From: an uncultured Lachnospiraceae bacterium
GTDB lineage: Bacteria; Bacillota; Clostridia; Lachnospirales; Lachnospiraceae
Assembly (NCBI GenBank): GCA_910579085.1
Contig: CAJTRU010000001.1
Span: 1,421-65,420, forward strand
Direction of reading: 5' to 3'
Length of the DNA stretch: 64,000 nt
In this document: piece by piece, positions 1 through 11,139 of the stretch
Layout: each line of letters begins with the position of its first letter
How positions within the stretch are numbered: position 1 is the stretch's first letter
Translations under genes and position numbers: made by a program
Notes under the pieces: model-generated
The model's input: the letters and a program-made list of their open reading frames with translations, nothing else
Database searches by the model: none
Told to the model about the DNA's origin: nothing

Positions 1-21
1 ATGCTGGCATTTTTCCCTCCC

Positions 22-207
22 TTATGCTGTTTGATAACCATAAAACTTCTTTTCCCAAAATGCTTTAGGAATTTTCCCTGTTACCACAATAAAGCCAGAC
101 TTTTCCAATTCTTCATTAAGCTGTCGTATTATCTTATATGCATGACCTTTGGAAATGCCCAGCTCATTTGCAACATCTTCTGCGCTCATCAAATAATTTG
201 TTTTCAT
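22..207 (-). CDS. small helix-turn-helix DNA-binding protein (excisionase/MerR-like HTH typical of ICE or prophage modules)
   Basis: The 61-aa ORF has a GGAGAG RBS upstream of its ATG. The segment SAEDVANELGISKGHAYKIIRQLN looks like a classic HTH. A further gene seems to start at nt 9 on the same strand and runs off the window. Family assignment is from memory. Confidence 0.6.
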   Translation of the reverse strand: MKTNYLMSAEDVANELGISKGHAYKIIRQLNEELEKSGFIVVTGKIPKAFWEKKFYGYQTA

Positions 208-298
208 TTAGCTCTCCTATAATTTGAATTTTAATAGAAATATTTAATTTCATTAAAATTGTGGTATAATAATTAAAAATCCAATGTGAGGTGAGAAT

Positions 299-799
299 AT
301 GCGAATAGCGCATTATTTACATGTAGACAAGCGTTTGAAGTCTTTTCGTATGGGAGCTGATATGTCCCAAAAAGAAATGGCTGCTAAGTTGGAATTGTCT
401 GTTCCGACTTATTCTAATTATGAAAACGGTTATAGCGAACCGCCTATGGAAGTAATACAAAAATTCTGTTCCATTATCGGCATCAAAGAGGATTTGTTTT
501 TCGGATATACAATTAAACCCAATGAAGAGTTGAGCATTAACACATATTCAGATATTTTAAAGGTAATCATGGAATTGATAAGAGCAGGTATTCCTGTAGA
601 ATGTTCAACCTCCGTTAACACAGCTACCAGACGTTTAGTGGCATCCATTAACATAGAAAGTCCGCAAATTGCATCACTTATATCCCGTTGGAATGAATTG
701 AACAAAGAACTGGAAAGCGAAAAAATTGACAGTGACGAATACAATATATGGATTGATAGTCTGATGAACTCATTTAATATTCCAGTAGAGAACTATTAG
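299..799 (+). CDS. XRE-family (HTH_3) transcriptional regulator with an uncharacterised C-terminal domain
   Basis: The 166-aa ORF has a GAGGTGAG RBS. Its N-terminus LKSFRMGADMSQKEMAAKLELSVPTYSNYENG matches the Cro/CI-type HTH pattern. It is divergent from the 22..207 gene, and a TGtgGTATAAT extended -10 lies in the spacer. Confidence 0.8.
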   Translation: MRIAHYLHVDKRLKSFRMGADMSQKEMAAKLELSVPTYSNYENGYSEPPMEVIQKFCSIIGIKEDLFFGYTIKPNEELSINTYSDILKVIMELIRAGIPVECSTSVNTATRRLVASINIESPQIASLISRWNELNKELESEKIDSDEYNIWIDSLMNSFNIPVENY

Positions 800-885
800 A
801 AGATATTTTTGATATGTTTTCCTGATGAACAAATTTTTTAGAACCAAATTAGAACCACAAAGCATTTTTGAATTGTCTTGTAACA

Positions 886-920
886 TAAAAAGGCTTTCGG
901 AGAAATCCCCGAAAGCCCCA
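886..920 (-). terminator. rho-independent terminator downstream of tuf
   Basis: A perfect 9-bp stem (GGCTTTCGG 892-900 pairing with CCGAAAGCC 909-917) flanks an 8-nt loop. A U-run follows on the minus-strand transcript, 22 nt after the tuf stop. Confidence 0.75.
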
Positions 921-941
921 TATTTACTAAATAAATTGTAA

Positions 942-2129
942 TTACTCAATAATTGTAGCAACCTTACCTGAACCTACTGTCCTTCCACCTTCACGGATAG
1001 CAAAGTTAAGACCCTGCTCCATAGCTACTGGATGGATAAGTTCAATTGTCATTTCTACGTTATCACCAGGCATACACATCTCTGTACCTGAAGGTAATTC
1101 GCAAACACCTGTTACGTCTGTTGTCCTGAAGTAGAACTGTGGACGGTAGTTATTGAAGAATGGTGTATGGCGTCCGCCTTCATCCTTTGTTAATACGTAT
1201 ACCTGAGCTGTAAATTTCTTATGGCATGTTACGCTTCCTGGCTTAGCAAGAACCTGTCCACGTACAATCTGGTCACGGTTGATACCACGGAGAAGTGCAC
1301 CGATGTTATCACCAGCCTGTGCTTCATCAAGCATCTTACGGAACATTTCAATACCTGTTACAACTGTCTTGTTGCTTTCTTCCTTAACACCAAGGATTTC
1401 AAGCTCGTCATTAAGGTGAAGTGTACCTCTCTCAACACGGCCTGTTGCAACTGTACCACGTCCTGTAATTGTAAATACGTCCTCTACTGGCATAAGGAAT
1501 GGCTTATCTGTATCACGCTCTGGATTTGGAATATAGTCATCAACTGTTGACATAAGTTCCATAATCTTGTCGCCCCACTCACCATTAGGGTCTTCAAGTG
1601 CTTTAAGAGCTGAACCCTTAATAATTGGGCAGTCTGTAAAGCCATACTCTTCAAGTGCTTCAGAAACTTCCATTTCTACTAATTCGATAAGCTCTTCATC
1701 ATCAACCATATCGCACTTGTTAAGGAATACAACGATATAAGGAACGTTAACCTGGCGTGAAAGCAGGATGTGCTCTTTTGTCTGTGCCATAACACCATCT
1801 GTTGCAGCAACAACAAGGATAGCACCGTCCATCTGTGCAGCACCTGTAATCATGTTCTTTACATAGTCAGCATGGCCTGGGCAGTCAACGTGTGCATAGT
1901 GCCTTGCTTCTGTTTCATACTCAACGTGTGCTGTAGAAATTGTAATACCTCTTTCACGCTCTTCTGGAGCTTTATCAATATTTTCAAAATCTACTGCTGC
2001 GTTACCTGCTACTCTTTCTGCAAGAGTCTTTGTAATAGCAGCTGTTAAAGTTGTTTTACCATGGTCTACGTGTCCGATAGTACCAATGTTACAATGGGGT
2101 TTAGTTCTTTCAAACTTTTCTTTAGCCAT
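942..2129 (-). CDS. tuf: translation elongation factor Tu
   Basis: Translation starts [33 protein letters not shown] and shows the full GTPase motifs. I moved the start from the track ORF to the ATG at 2129, which has a GGAGG RBS. Confidence 0.97.
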   Translation of the reverse strand: MAKEKFERTKPHCNIGTIGHVDHGKTTLTAAITKTLAERVAGNAAVDFENIDKAPEERERGITISTAHVEYETEARHYAHVDCPGHADYVKNMITGAAQMDGAILVVAATDGVMAQTKEHILLSRQVNVPYIVVFLNKCDMVDDEELIELVEMEVSEALEEYGFTDCPIIKGSALKALEDPNGEWGDKIMELMSTVDDYIPNPERDTDKPFLMPVEDVFTITGRGTVATGRVERGTLHLNDELEILGVKEESNKTVVTGIEMFRKMLDEAQAGDNIGALLRGINRDQIVRGQVLAKPGSVTCHKKFTAQVYVLTKDEGGRHTPFFNNYRPQFYFRTTDVTGVCELPSGTEMCMPGDNVEMTIELIHPVAMEQGLNFAIREGGRTVGSGKVATIIE

Positions 2130-2254
2130 TTTATATAATCCTCCTTTAAATAAATAGGCAACATAATGCCGCACTTTACTATGCTATGGGCACTATTATA
2201 TTGCAAAATTAACCAATTTTCAAGTCTTTTCTGGTAATTAACCAGTTAAGAAGT

Positions 2255-4372
2255 TTATGAATTCTTTGCTGCAAGGACTTTTTCCTGTACAGACTTTGGA
2301 ACCTGCTCATACTTCTCAAAGAACATTGAATAATTACCACGTCCCTGTGTCCTTGAACGCAGGTCTGTTGAATAACCAAACATTTCTGCAAGTGGTACAA
2401 AGCCCCTTACAATCTTGCCGCCGCCAATGTCATCCATGCCTTCAATACGGCCACGGCGCGCATTTATATCACCAATTACATCACCCATATATTCTTCAGG
2501 CATTGTTACTTCTACCTTCATAATAGGCTCAAGCAATACTGGGTTTGCTTTCTTCATAGCATCTTTAAATGCCATTGAACCTGCTATATGGAATGCCATT
2601 TCGCTTGAATCGACTTCATGGTATGAACCATCCCATACTGTAGCATGTACACCAAGCACAGGAAATCCGCCAAGTACACCTGCCTGTGATGCTTCTTCGA
2701 TACCTTCGCCGACAGCAGGTATATATTCCTTAGGAATAGCACCACCAACTACAGTTGACTCAAACTTAAATGTTTCCTCACCGTTAGGGTCCATAGGCTC
2801 AAATTTAACTTTACAGTGTCCGTACTGTCCACGTCCACCAGACTGCTTAGCATATTTGCTGTCAACATCAACAGCCTCTGTAAATGTTTCCTTATAAGAA
2901 ACCTGTGGAGCACCAACATTTGCTTCTACTTTATATTCCCTGAGAAGACGGTCTACAATAATTTCAAGATGTAGCTCACCCATACCAGCAATAATTGTCT
3001 GTCCTGTCTCCTGGTCTGTATGGTGCTTGAATGTAGGGTCTTCTTCTGAAAGTTTTGCAAGTGCCTCGCCCATCTTTGTCTGTCCGTCTTTTGTCTTTGG
3101 CTCAATAGCAAGCTCAATAACTGGCTCTGGGAATTCCATAGACTCAAGTATAACAGGATGCTGCTCATCACAGATTGTATCACCTGTTGTTGTAAGCTTA
3201 AATCCTACAGCGGCAGCGATATCACCTGAATAAACCTTGTCTAACTCTTCCCTTTTATTAGCGTGCATCTGTAAAATACGTCCTACACGCTCTTTTTTGC
3301 CTTTTGTAGCATTAAGCACATAAGAACCTGAATTCAGTGTACCTGAGTATACCCTGAAGAATGCAAGCTTACCAACGAACTGGTCAGCCATAATCTTAAA
3401 TGCAAGTGCTGAGAAAGGCTCATCATCTGAAGAATGGCGTACTACTTCGTTGCCTTCATCGTCTACACCTGTAATATCAGGTATATCTGTTGGTGCAGGC
3501 ATATATTCAAGAATAGCATCAAGAAGCTTCTGTACACCCTTGTTCCTGTAAGCAGAACCACAGCAGACTGGTACTGCACGGCACTCACATGTAGCAGCAC
3601 GGAGTGCTTTCTTCATATCAGCTACTGGAGGCTCTTCACCCTCAAGATATATCATCATAAGGTCATCATCAAGGTCACAGATTTTCTCAACAAGCTCTGT
3701 ATGGTACTCTTCCGCCTGTTCCTTCATATCATCTGGAATTGCTACAACTGAGATATCATCGCCTTTTTCATCATTATAGATGTAAGCTTCCATCTCAAAT
3801 AAGTCAATAATTCCTTTAAATTCGTCTTCCTTGCCAATAGGCAGCTGGACGATAATTGCATTTTTACCTAATCTTTCACGTATCTGGTCAACAGCTCCGA
3901 AAAAGTTTGCACCTAAAATATCCATTTTATTAATAAATGCCATTCTAGGTACGTTATAAGTGTCAGCCTGTCTCCAGACATTTTCAGACTGTGGCTCAAC
4001 ACCGCCTTTGGCACAGAATACACCAACAGCGCCATCAAGTACACGGAGTGAACGTTCAACTTCAACTGTGAAGTCAACGTGTCCCGGTGTATCAATAATA
4101 TTGATACGGTGCTCTAATGCACCATCCATCGGCTTTGTATGGTCTTCAAGTGTCCAGTGGCAAGTAGTAGCCGCAGATGTGATTGTAATACCTCTTTCCT
4201 GCTCCTGGTCCATCCAGTCCATTACAGCAGTACCTTCATGAGTATCACCAATCTTATAATTAACACCGGTATAATATAGAATACGCTCTGTTAATGTTGT
4301 TTTACCAGCATCAATATGAGCCATAATACCGATATTCCTTGTCCTCTCAAGTGGATATTCTCTTCCAGCCAA
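2255..4372 (-). CDS. fusA: translation elongation factor G
   Basis: The 705-aa product begins [25 protein letters not shown] and has conserved EF-G domains. The start codon reads TTG, with AGGAGG 9 nt upstream. Confidence 0.97.
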   Translation of the reverse strand: MAGREYPLERTRNIGIMAHIDAGKTTLTERILYYTGVNYKIGDTHEGTAVMDWMDQEQERGITITSAATTCHWTLEDHTKPMDGALEHRINIIDTPGHVDFTVEVERSLRVLDGAVGVFCAKGGVEPQSENVWRQADTYNVPRMAFINKMDILGANFFGAVDQIRERLGKNAIIVQLPIGKEDEFKGIIDLFEMEAYIYNDEKGDDISVVAIPDDMKEQAEEYHTELVEKICDLDDDLMMIYLEGEEPPVADMKKALRAATCECRAVPVCCGSAYRNKGVQKLLDAILEYMPAPTDIPDITGVDDEGNEVVRHSSDDEPFSALAFKIMADQFVGKLAFFRVYSGTLNSGSYVLNATKGKKERVGRILQMHANKREELDKVYSGDIAAAVGFKLTTTGDTICDEQHPVILESMEFPEPVIELAIEPKTKDGQTKMGEALAKLSEEDPTFKHHTDQETGQTIIAGMGELHLEIIVDRLLREYKVEANVGAPQVSYKETFTEAVDVDSKYAKQSGGRGQYGHCKVKFEPMDPNGEETFKFESTVVGGAIPKEYIPAVGEGIEEASQAGVLGGFPVLGVHATVWDGSYHEVDSSEMAFHIAGSMAFKDAMKKANPVLLEPIMKVEVTMPEEYMGDVIGDINARRGRIEGMDDIGGGKIVRGFVPLAEMFGYSTDLRSRTQGRGNYSMFFEKYEQVPKSVQEKVLAAKNS

Positions 4373-4420
4373 GGCTCTTTACCTCCTGATTTAATATTGC
4401 AGCAGCAGACTGCTTCACAA

Positions 4421-4924
<504 letters not shown>

Positions 4925-5059
4925 TTACAGCATAACTGTATTATATACACATTGCTATTATTAATTCATAGGTACTCACGGTATTCTGTGTCCGCACCAG
5001 GTTAATTCTACTTAATATTAATGTGAAATTAATCCGGCACTTCCCCAAATTAGTGAATA

Positions 5060-5473
5060 TTACTTTTTAGGTCTCTTTGCTCCATATTTAGAGCGGGCCT
5101 GCTTCCTGTTAACAACGCCGGCTGTATCAAGCTTACCACGTACAATATGGTACCTTGTACCAGGCAAATCCTTAACCCTGCCGCCACGTATAAGAACAAC
5201 GCTATGCTCCTGTAAGTTATGTCCCTCACCTGGAATATAACTTGTTACTTCCATACCATTTGAAAGACGTACCCTGGCTGTTTTTCTAAGCGCTGAGTTA
5301 GGCTTTTTAGGTGTGGCAGTACGTACAGCAGTACAAACACCCCTCTTCTGTGGAGAGCTCTGCTCTACAACCCTTTTATTAAGTGAGTTGTATGTGTACT
5401 GGAGCGCAGGAGAATTAGACTTCTTAGCTGAAACCTTTCTTCCTTTTCTGACTAACTGGTTAAATGTTGGCAT
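5060..5473 (-). CDS. rpsL: 30S ribosomal protein S12
   Basis: The product [13 protein letters not shown]...[10 protein letters not shown] is typical of S12. The ATG at 5473 has an AGGAGGTG RBS. Confidence 0.95.
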   Translation of the reverse strand: MPTFNQLVRKGRKVSAKKSNSPALQYTYNSLNKRVVEQSSPQKRGVCTAVRTATPKKPNSALRKTARVRLSNGMEVTSYIPGEGHNLQEHSVVLIRGGRVKDLPGTRYHIVRGKLDTAGVVNRKQARSKYGAKRPKK

Positions 5474-5577
5474 TAATTTCACCTCCTGTTTTTATAGTAA
5501 TAATTTTTTGTATGTTAAAAATACATACCTATTCATTCTAATATGCAAATATTTATTTGTCAACACCTTTATTGGCA

Positions 5578-6765
5578 TTATTTTTCATTTTTAAGCCTTA
5601 TTTCCTGGATTTTAGTGTCCATAACCAGATAATATTTATTAATTCCCTCTGCTGGAAAAAACTGGAGCACCTTTCCATTAACCTTACATGATAATTTTTT
5701 TACACCATTTATACGGAATATTGTGCACTCTGACGCCGAATTAAACAGGATTTCATCATCCCCATACATTTTTACTGAGGAATAATCATTATCAAAACCA
5801 AGGTCTAATACCTTTTCCCCTGTAAGGTCATATACTTTCATCTGGTAAGGCTTTGTCCTGCTGTTATTTTCAAAGACCATCCCAATATATTTGCCATTAC
5901 AAAATGCACTTTTAATCTTTTCCTCATATGTATTAGAATATGACTCCCTTGGCTGCCTGGCATTTTTCCATATGCTAAAACCATTATCAGTAAATATACA
6001 GATATTATTGCTTCCAAGAAACCTTACGTCAGCAATTACTGTTTCATCATAGTTTTTAGCGCCGACAAGGCAGTTTGTGTTCTTTCCTACATCTGTAAAA
6101 TCATAAAATGCCACCCTGCTCTGTATTTTACCATTTGTCACACACACATATGCTGCTACAAGGTTCGTGCCCTCTGGCGATATATCAATACATACAGGAT
6201 ATCCGTCATCAACATTTGTAGGTATTTCCACAAGAAGTTTATTTGAAACATCATATGGATTATAAATATTTATAACATTGGATGTCGCCTGTTCAAGCAG
6301 TACAGCAATAATCCCACTGGCAGAAACACACGCCTGTACTATAGGATAGTCTGTTGCCACCTCTTTGCCAAGCCCTTCCTCATTATAAACATAAAGTGAT
6401 TTCCCGCCAATATCTGCTGCTACAACATATTTTTCACATACATCAGCCGATGGTGAAACCATATTATAGCTTCCATTCCATATTGTGTTTCCAGATGCAT
6501 CAAGCGCAGAAATGCCATCCCTGCTGTATCTTAACACTTTATTGTCATATGAAGCATACTTAACAAAACTATCGCCAGTTACAGATGTTTCATCCTTTAC
6601 TTCATATGATGTATAGCTTCTGTTCATAAATGAACGTGCAAGCAGGAAAAATATCCCCGCAGCTACTGCTATACAGGCTGTACATATAATTATAAACAAC
6701 GTTATTTTACGGCGGCGTTCACCAATAACAGTTACATCCTGTGAACGCCCTACAAAACTATCCAT
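5578..6765 (-). CDS. uncharacterised membrane-anchored protein (resembles DUF5711-type proteins, from memory only)
   Basis: The ATG at 6765 has an AGAGGA RBS. One N-terminal TM segment (ITLFIIICTACIAVAAGIFFLLA) is followed by a ~350-aa, repeat-like, beta-rich region. No catalytic motif was recognised. Confidence 0.5.
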   Translation of the reverse strand: MDSFVGRSQDVTVIGERRRKITLFIIICTACIAVAAGIFFLLARSFMNRSYTSYEVKDETSVTGDSFVKYASYDNKVLRYSRDGISALDASGNTIWNGSYNMVSPSADVCEKYVVAADIGGKSLYVYNEEGLGKEVATDYPIVQACVSASGIIAVLLEQATSNVINIYNPYDVSNKLLVEIPTNVDDGYPVCIDISPEGTNLVAAYVCVTNGKIQSRVAFYDFTDVGKNTNCLVGAKNYDETVIADVRFLGSNNICIFTDNGFSIWKNARQPRESYSNTYEEKIKSAFCNGKYIGMVFENNSRTKPYQMKVYDLTGEKVLDLGFDNDYSSVKMYGDDEILFNSASECTIFRINGVKKLSCKVNGKVLQFFPAEGINKYYLVMDTKIQEIRLKNEK

Positions 6766-6848
6766 ATATAATTCCTCTGTTCTTTTGCTTTTTATTGTTA
6801 AGTAATAAGTATAACTTATCAAATAATACAAAGCAAGCATATTTGTGG

Positions 6849-7298
6849 TAATTTCCAGTTATACTTTTTTGATGAAGAATTATTTCATGGCAGGGCACAC
6901 CTTCGCTATTATGTAATGTCATTTAGTTAAGTGGGATTGTTTAAAAATTACACATTCTGAATATGCTGGCAAATCCAAAGTGACTTCCATGAAAAAAGCA
7001 CGCTTCCACTGGTCTGGTATGGACTCGCACGCAATGGATGCATAAAGCCCTAAAATACAGGGCTTAAGCACCAGCGGCTTCGTACAGCTTTTTCATGGGA
7101 GCACATTTGGAATTTGCCAGCAATCTACACTTTGGTAATTTATAGAAATATCTTTGTACAAACTCTTAACTAAATGACATTACTCTATGCCAGCCCATGC
7201 ACCAGTGCTCCTTTCATGGAATAATATTCCGCTGGAACACTTAAAACCTGCTGTTTTCTGGCAAAATTCAAAAAAATAAATATTATAACTGGAAATTA
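6849..7298. repeat. foldback (nested inverted-repeat) element, large form, copy 1
   Basis: Perfect 15-bp terminal inverted repeats: TAATTTCCAGTTATA at 6849-6863 and TATAACTGGAAATTA at 7284-7298. The interior is a long imperfect palindrome and contains module C (6913-7183). No ORF of 60 aa or more is present. Confidence 0.8.
6913..7183. repeat. inner palindromic module C, copy 1 (nested inside 6849..7298)
   Basis: Perfect 19-bp inverted termini: GTAATGTCATTTAGTTAAG at 6913-6931 and CTTAACTAAATGACATTAC at 7165-7183. The central segment 7027-7050 is the exact reverse complement of 7672-7695 in copy 2. Confidence 0.8.
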
Positions 7299-7304
7299 TG
7301 TTGT

Positions 7305-7400
7305 GGTACAGATGATTTAGGCGGACGGAAACCTGATAAACTCTTTTTTGTATTGATAAATAACTACTACATTGTGTAATAAGTGACTAGCAGAATAACC
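7305..7400 (+). repeat. repeat module B, copy 1 (carries a conserved 21-mer)
   Basis: The block GATGATTTAGGCGGACGGAAACC...AATAAGTGACTAGCAGAATAA has its 21-mer at 7378-7398. That 21-mer recurs identically at 20379-20399 and reverse-complemented at 22164-22184. Confidence 0.7.
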
Positions 7401-7413
7401 ACCACCACCACCT

Positions 7414-7892
7414 TATTTGCAGTTATCTTATTATCCAGTGTTTTTATTGTAAGTTTATGATGACAGGTTTCATGTGCCAGATGCCAGAAATATTCTGTAC
7501 AGAGAGAGGGACTCGCTTCTGCTATGTTACAATGTTATTTAGTTAAGAGCTGATGGAAAATACTTTATAAATTACCAAAGTGTAGATTGCAGGCAAATTC
7601 CAAATGTGCTTCCATGAACAAGCTGTACGAAGCCGCTGGTGCTTAAGCCCCTATGTTCCTACGGAACATAGGGGCTTTATGCATCCATTGCGTGCGAGTT
7701 CAAGCGGAAGCGTGCTTGTTCATGGAAGGCACTTTAGATTTGACTGCGTACCCCATCATTGTTAAATTCCAGTATCCCCTTAACTAAATAACATTGTAAC
7801 TTAGCGGTTTACAGGAGCGTACCCCTTACGGAATATTCTGGCTCTGGCACAGAAACCGCCGGTCCTTTACAAATACAAGATAACTGCAAATA
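7414..7892. repeat. foldback element, large form, copy 2
   Basis: Perfect 16-bp terminal inverted repeats: TATTTGCAGTTATCTT at 7414-7429 and AAGATAACTGCAAATA at 7877-7892. The core stem 7467-7495 pairs with 7831-7856. Module C is nested at the apex (7526-7800). Confidence 0.85.
7526..7800. repeat. inner palindromic module C, copy 2 (opposite orientation to copy 1)
   Basis: Perfect 22-bp inverted termini: GTTACAATGTTATTTAGTTAAG at 7526-7547 and its complement at 7779-7800. The interior is homologous to 6913-7183 in reverse orientation. Confidence 0.8.
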
Positions 7893-7895
7893 TAC

Positions 7896-7925
7896 AAAAA
7901 GCGCCAGGGAATATGGCGCTTTTTG
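7896..7925 (-). terminator. bidirectional rho-independent terminator after spoVG
   Basis: The stem GCGCCA (7901-7906) pairs with TGGCGC (7914-7919). An A-run and a T-run flank it, and it lies 19 nt downstream of the spoVG stop. Confidence 0.75.
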
Positions 7926-7943
7926 TATACGTTATATTGCTTT

Positions 7944-8240
7944 TTACTGATGCTCTGATTCAGAACTGCTTTCTTCTCCCAATTCAGCAACAGCAAGTGC
8001 ATATTTTTCTAAAATAACTTTCTGGATTATATCCCGTGTCTCTGAATTAATGGGATGCGCTATATCTCTAAATTCGCCATCTCCAGCACGTCTGCTCGGC
8101 ATCGCAATAAATAAGCCTTTATCTCCATCAATGACTTTGATATCATGAACAACAAATTCATCATCAAGAGTCATTGACACTACAGCCTTCATTTTACCTT
8201 CCTTTGTGATTTTCCTCACTCTTACGTCTGTTATCTGCAC
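7944..8240 (-). CDS. spoVG: septation/sporulation regulator SpoVG
   Basis: The product reads [38 protein letters not shown]...FIAMPSRR. The start was reassigned to the GTG at 8240, with AAGGGGG 7 nt upstream. Confidence 0.9.
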   Translation of the reverse strand: MQITDVRVRKITKEGKMKAVVSMTLDDEFVVHDIKVIDGDKGLFIAMPSRRAGDGEFRDIAHPINSETRDIIQKVILEKYALAVAELGEESSSESEHQ

Positions 8241-8284
8241 ATTAATACCCCCTTTGGCCACTTATGGGACGTATCCTGACCATT

Positions 8285-9406
8285 TTATAACGCATATCTC
8301 TCATTTTTCTCTACTACTATCCTAATCTTTCCATCTTCCCCTACATAGTTAGTATTAGCGCGGATTGTATCCCTGCTTTCTACGATACAATTCTCGATAT
8401 GTGTGTTATCTCCAATGTATACATCATTTAAAATGATAGAATTCTTTATAGAACAGTTGTTTCCAACATATACTTTCTTAAACAGGATTGAACCATCTAC
8501 ATTACCATTGATAATACAGCCACTTGATACAAGGCTGTTCTTGACAAATGAACCACTGTTATATTTTGCTGGAGGCAAATCTTCAACTTTTGAGTAAACA
8601 TCTGGATACTCTTTAAAGAAATAATTACGTACATCTGCTTTAAGGAAATCCATATTTGTCCTGAAATATGAATCTACAGATGAAATATTGCTCCAGTAAG
8701 TATCTAATGGATATGCATATACTCTTTTGACACCCTTATATCTTATAATAATGTCTTTAACTAAATCATATCTCTCTTCCTCAACAGCCTTCTCAATAAG
8801 CTCTATAAGCTGCCTGCGGCGTACTACATATATACCAGTTGAAACCTGTGAACCATCTGCACTTATTGGTTTCTCTTCAAAATCAATTATCCTGCCATCT
8901 GCATCAGTCCTGACAACACCAAACCTGCTTGGGTCATCCCTTCCCAAAACATCTGCTGTTACTACTGTAAAGTCAGCTTTCTTTGCTATATGGTATTCAA
9001 GCACCTTAGAATAATCCAGCTTGTAAATTCCATCACCAGAAGCTATTACTACATAAGGTTCATGGCTGTTCTTCAAAAAGTCAAGGTTCTGGGCAATGGC
9101 ATCAGCCGTCCCCCTGTACCAGTAACTGTTCTTTGGTGTAGTAGTAGGGGTGAAAACATAAAGTCCTCCCTGCTTTCTTCCGAAATCCCACCATTTTGAT
9201 GAATTTAAGTGCTCATTTAATGACTTAGCGTTATACTGTGTAAATACTGCTACTTTCTGTATATGTGAATTGCTCATGCTGCTAAGGACAAAATCTATGC
9301 TCCTGTACCCTCCTGCAATAGGCATAGCTGCTACTGCACGCTTATTTGAAAGCTCCTTCATCCTGCTGCTATTGCCACCGGCTAATACAATACCTACTGC
9401 TCTCAT
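8285..9406 (-). CDS. glgD: glucose-1-phosphate adenylyltransferase, GlgD subunit
   Basis: The 373-aa product starts [20 protein letters not shown] and has a left-handed beta-helix C-terminus. Its start overlaps the glgC stop by 4 nt (ATGA). Confidence 0.85.
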   Translation of the reverse strand: MRAVGIVLAGGNSSRMKELSNKRAVAAMPIAGGYRSIDFVLSSMSNSHIQKVAVFTQYNAKSLNEHLNSSKWWDFGRKQGGLYVFTPTTTPKNSYWYRGTADAIAQNLDFLKNSHEPYVVIASGDGIYKLDYSKVLEYHIAKKADFTVVTADVLGRDDPSRFGVVRTDADGRIIDFEEKPISADGSQVSTGIYVVRRRQLIELIEKAVEEERYDLVKDIIIRYKGVKRVYAYPLDTYWSNISSVDSYFRTNMDFLKADVRNYFFKEYPDVYSKVEDLPPAKYNSGSFVKNSLVSSGCIINGNVDGSILFKKVYVGNNCSIKNSIILNDVYIGDNTHIENCIVESRDTIRANTNYVGEDGKIRIVVEKNERYAL

Positions 9407-10677
9407 ATTTTTTCACCTACCTTAATTAATGTTTCTCCGCTTGCAAGAATGCCATCCGGATAATCACTTATGTCAGTTTCGCCTGAAATTGCTGTATTCT
9501 TCCCTATCTTTACATTGCTTGGGATAATGCTGTCTTCACCAATAGTAACAAGTCCAAATGAATATACATCAGGCTTAACCTTATTAGGTACATCTTCACC
9601 AGTACAAAGAATACAATTCGCACCTATCTGTACTTTTTCAGCAATAATCGACCTGTCAACAACAGTATTTTCACCTATGGATGAGGAACTCATAATAATT
9701 GAATCCCTTACAACTGCCCCTGGTGCAATATATACACCTGAACCTATTACGGAATTGTGTACTTCACCGTATATTTCAGATGCTTCACCAATAATTGCCT
9801 TATCAATGACAGCTTCTTCTGCTACAAACTGTGGCGATACAAGTTCATTCTTTGTGTAAATCTTCCAGAATTCTTCATAAAGATTAAACACAGGTATCAG
9901 GTCTATAAGTTCCATGTTTGCCTGCCAGTAAGAACCAAGTGTCCCTACATCTTTCCAATACCCATTATACTCATAAGCAAATATCCTTCTTCCCTGCTCA
10001 TGGCAATATGGGATAATATGCTTGCCAAAATCGCATGATGGCTGGTCTTTAAGCTTTATCAAAGCTTCCCTGAGCACAGGCCATGAGAATATATAAATAC
10101 CCATTGAAGCAAGATTGCTGCGTGGATGCTCTGGTTTCTCTTCAAACTCCTGTATCTGCTTATGTTCATCTGTTATAACTACGCCAAAGCGGCTTGCCTC
10201 TTCAATTGGAACAGGAATTGTTGCCAGTGTCACATCAGCTTTGCTTGCCTTGTGGAAATCAAGCATAACCTCATAATCCATCTTATATATGTGGTCCCCG
10301 CCAAGTATAAGTACATATTCTGGATTATAGAGCTCCATATAACGCATATTCTGGAAAATTGCATTAGCAGTACCTGTATACCATTCACTGCTTGTACTCT
10401 TCTCATACGGCGGAAGAATGGATACACCACCAACATTCCTGTCCAAATCCCAAGGTATGCCAATACCTATATGCGTATTCAGACGTAATGGCTGGTACTG
10501 TGTCAGTACCCCGACCGTATCAACTCCAGAATTAATACAATTACTAAGCGGGAAATCAATAATTCTGTACTTACCACCAAATGAAACTGCTGGCTTGGCA
10601 ACATCTGCTGTAAGCACACCTAGCCTGGAACCTTGTCCGCCTGCAAGTAACATTGCTATCATTTCTTTCTTAATCAC
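9403..10677 (-). CDS. glgC: glucose-1-phosphate adenylyltransferase
   Basis: The 424-aa product contains [14 protein letters not shown]...[20 protein letters not shown], typical of GlgC. Confidence 0.92.
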   Translation of the reverse strand: MIKKEMIAMLLAGGQGSRLGVLTADVAKPAVSFGGKYRIIDFPLSNCINSGVDTVGVLTQYQPLRLNTHIGIGIPWDLDRNVGGVSILPPYEKSTSSEWYTGTANAIFQNMRYMELYNPEYVLILGGDHIYKMDYEVMLDFHKASKADVTLATIPVPIEEASRFGVVITDEHKQIQEFEEKPEHPRSNLASMGIYIFSWPVLREALIKLKDQPSCDFGKHIIPYCHEQGRRIFAYEYNGYWKDVGTLGSYWQANMELIDLIPVFNLYEEFWKIYTKNELVSPQFVAEEAVIDKAIIGEASEIYGEVHNSVIGSGVYIAPGAVVRDSIIMSSSSIGENTVVDRSIIAEKVQIGANCILCTGEDVPNKVKPDVYSFGLVTIGEDSIIPSNVKIGKNTAISGETDISDYPDGILASGETLIKVGEKI

Positions 10678-11139
10678 GCTTTCACCCCCGTTGTTTTAGA
10701 TATGGAACTATACTTCTAACCTAGAGTTAAGTATATAAAACATCAACAAAATTTGCTGACGTCCATAACAAATTTATTTACTTTCTTACAAAAACAGTAT
10801 AACATATATGTTCCAAATTGTGAATAAATTTTACTAAATTTTTAAAATTTTTTTAACATTTTTATGCAACTCCACTAAAAATTAGCAATTTTGTACTATT
10901 TTATAAGGTCAAAGCAACTAAAACTGAGTTTTTATAGTTACAAATCCTTTACATTCCAGCCTGTTCTCTACTATAATATAGTAATAAAGATGTTATTGGC
11001 AATTTTGAATTGTATTTTCCATAACATTGGCTATAATTATAAGTATAAACGGCACTGCCTGTTTTACCCCTGTTCCAGCATGACTGGCAGCACAGCAGGC
11101 ATAAACCATGTAAAATAACCCAGATAGGATGGTGGCACC

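Noticed and set aside
2415-2897. 160-aa plus-strand ORF, with several similar ones at 1221-1550, 1770-2048, 3434-3751 and 3960-4241
   Set aside because: These ORFs lie antisense inside the highly conserved tuf and fusA coding regions, have no RBS, and translate to low-complexity sequence. They are shadow ORFs.
6841-7943. Possibility that the recurring motifs represent a CRISPR array
   Set aside because: The repeats are inverted rather than direct. Spacing is irregular (tens to hundreds of bp), the repeat units differ in length, and no cas genes are present.
10891-11118. 75-aa ORF in the glgC-murC divergent intergenic region
   Set aside because: The DNA is AT-rich, there is no RBS, and the ORF overlaps the likely murC promoter region. 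I judged it non-coding.
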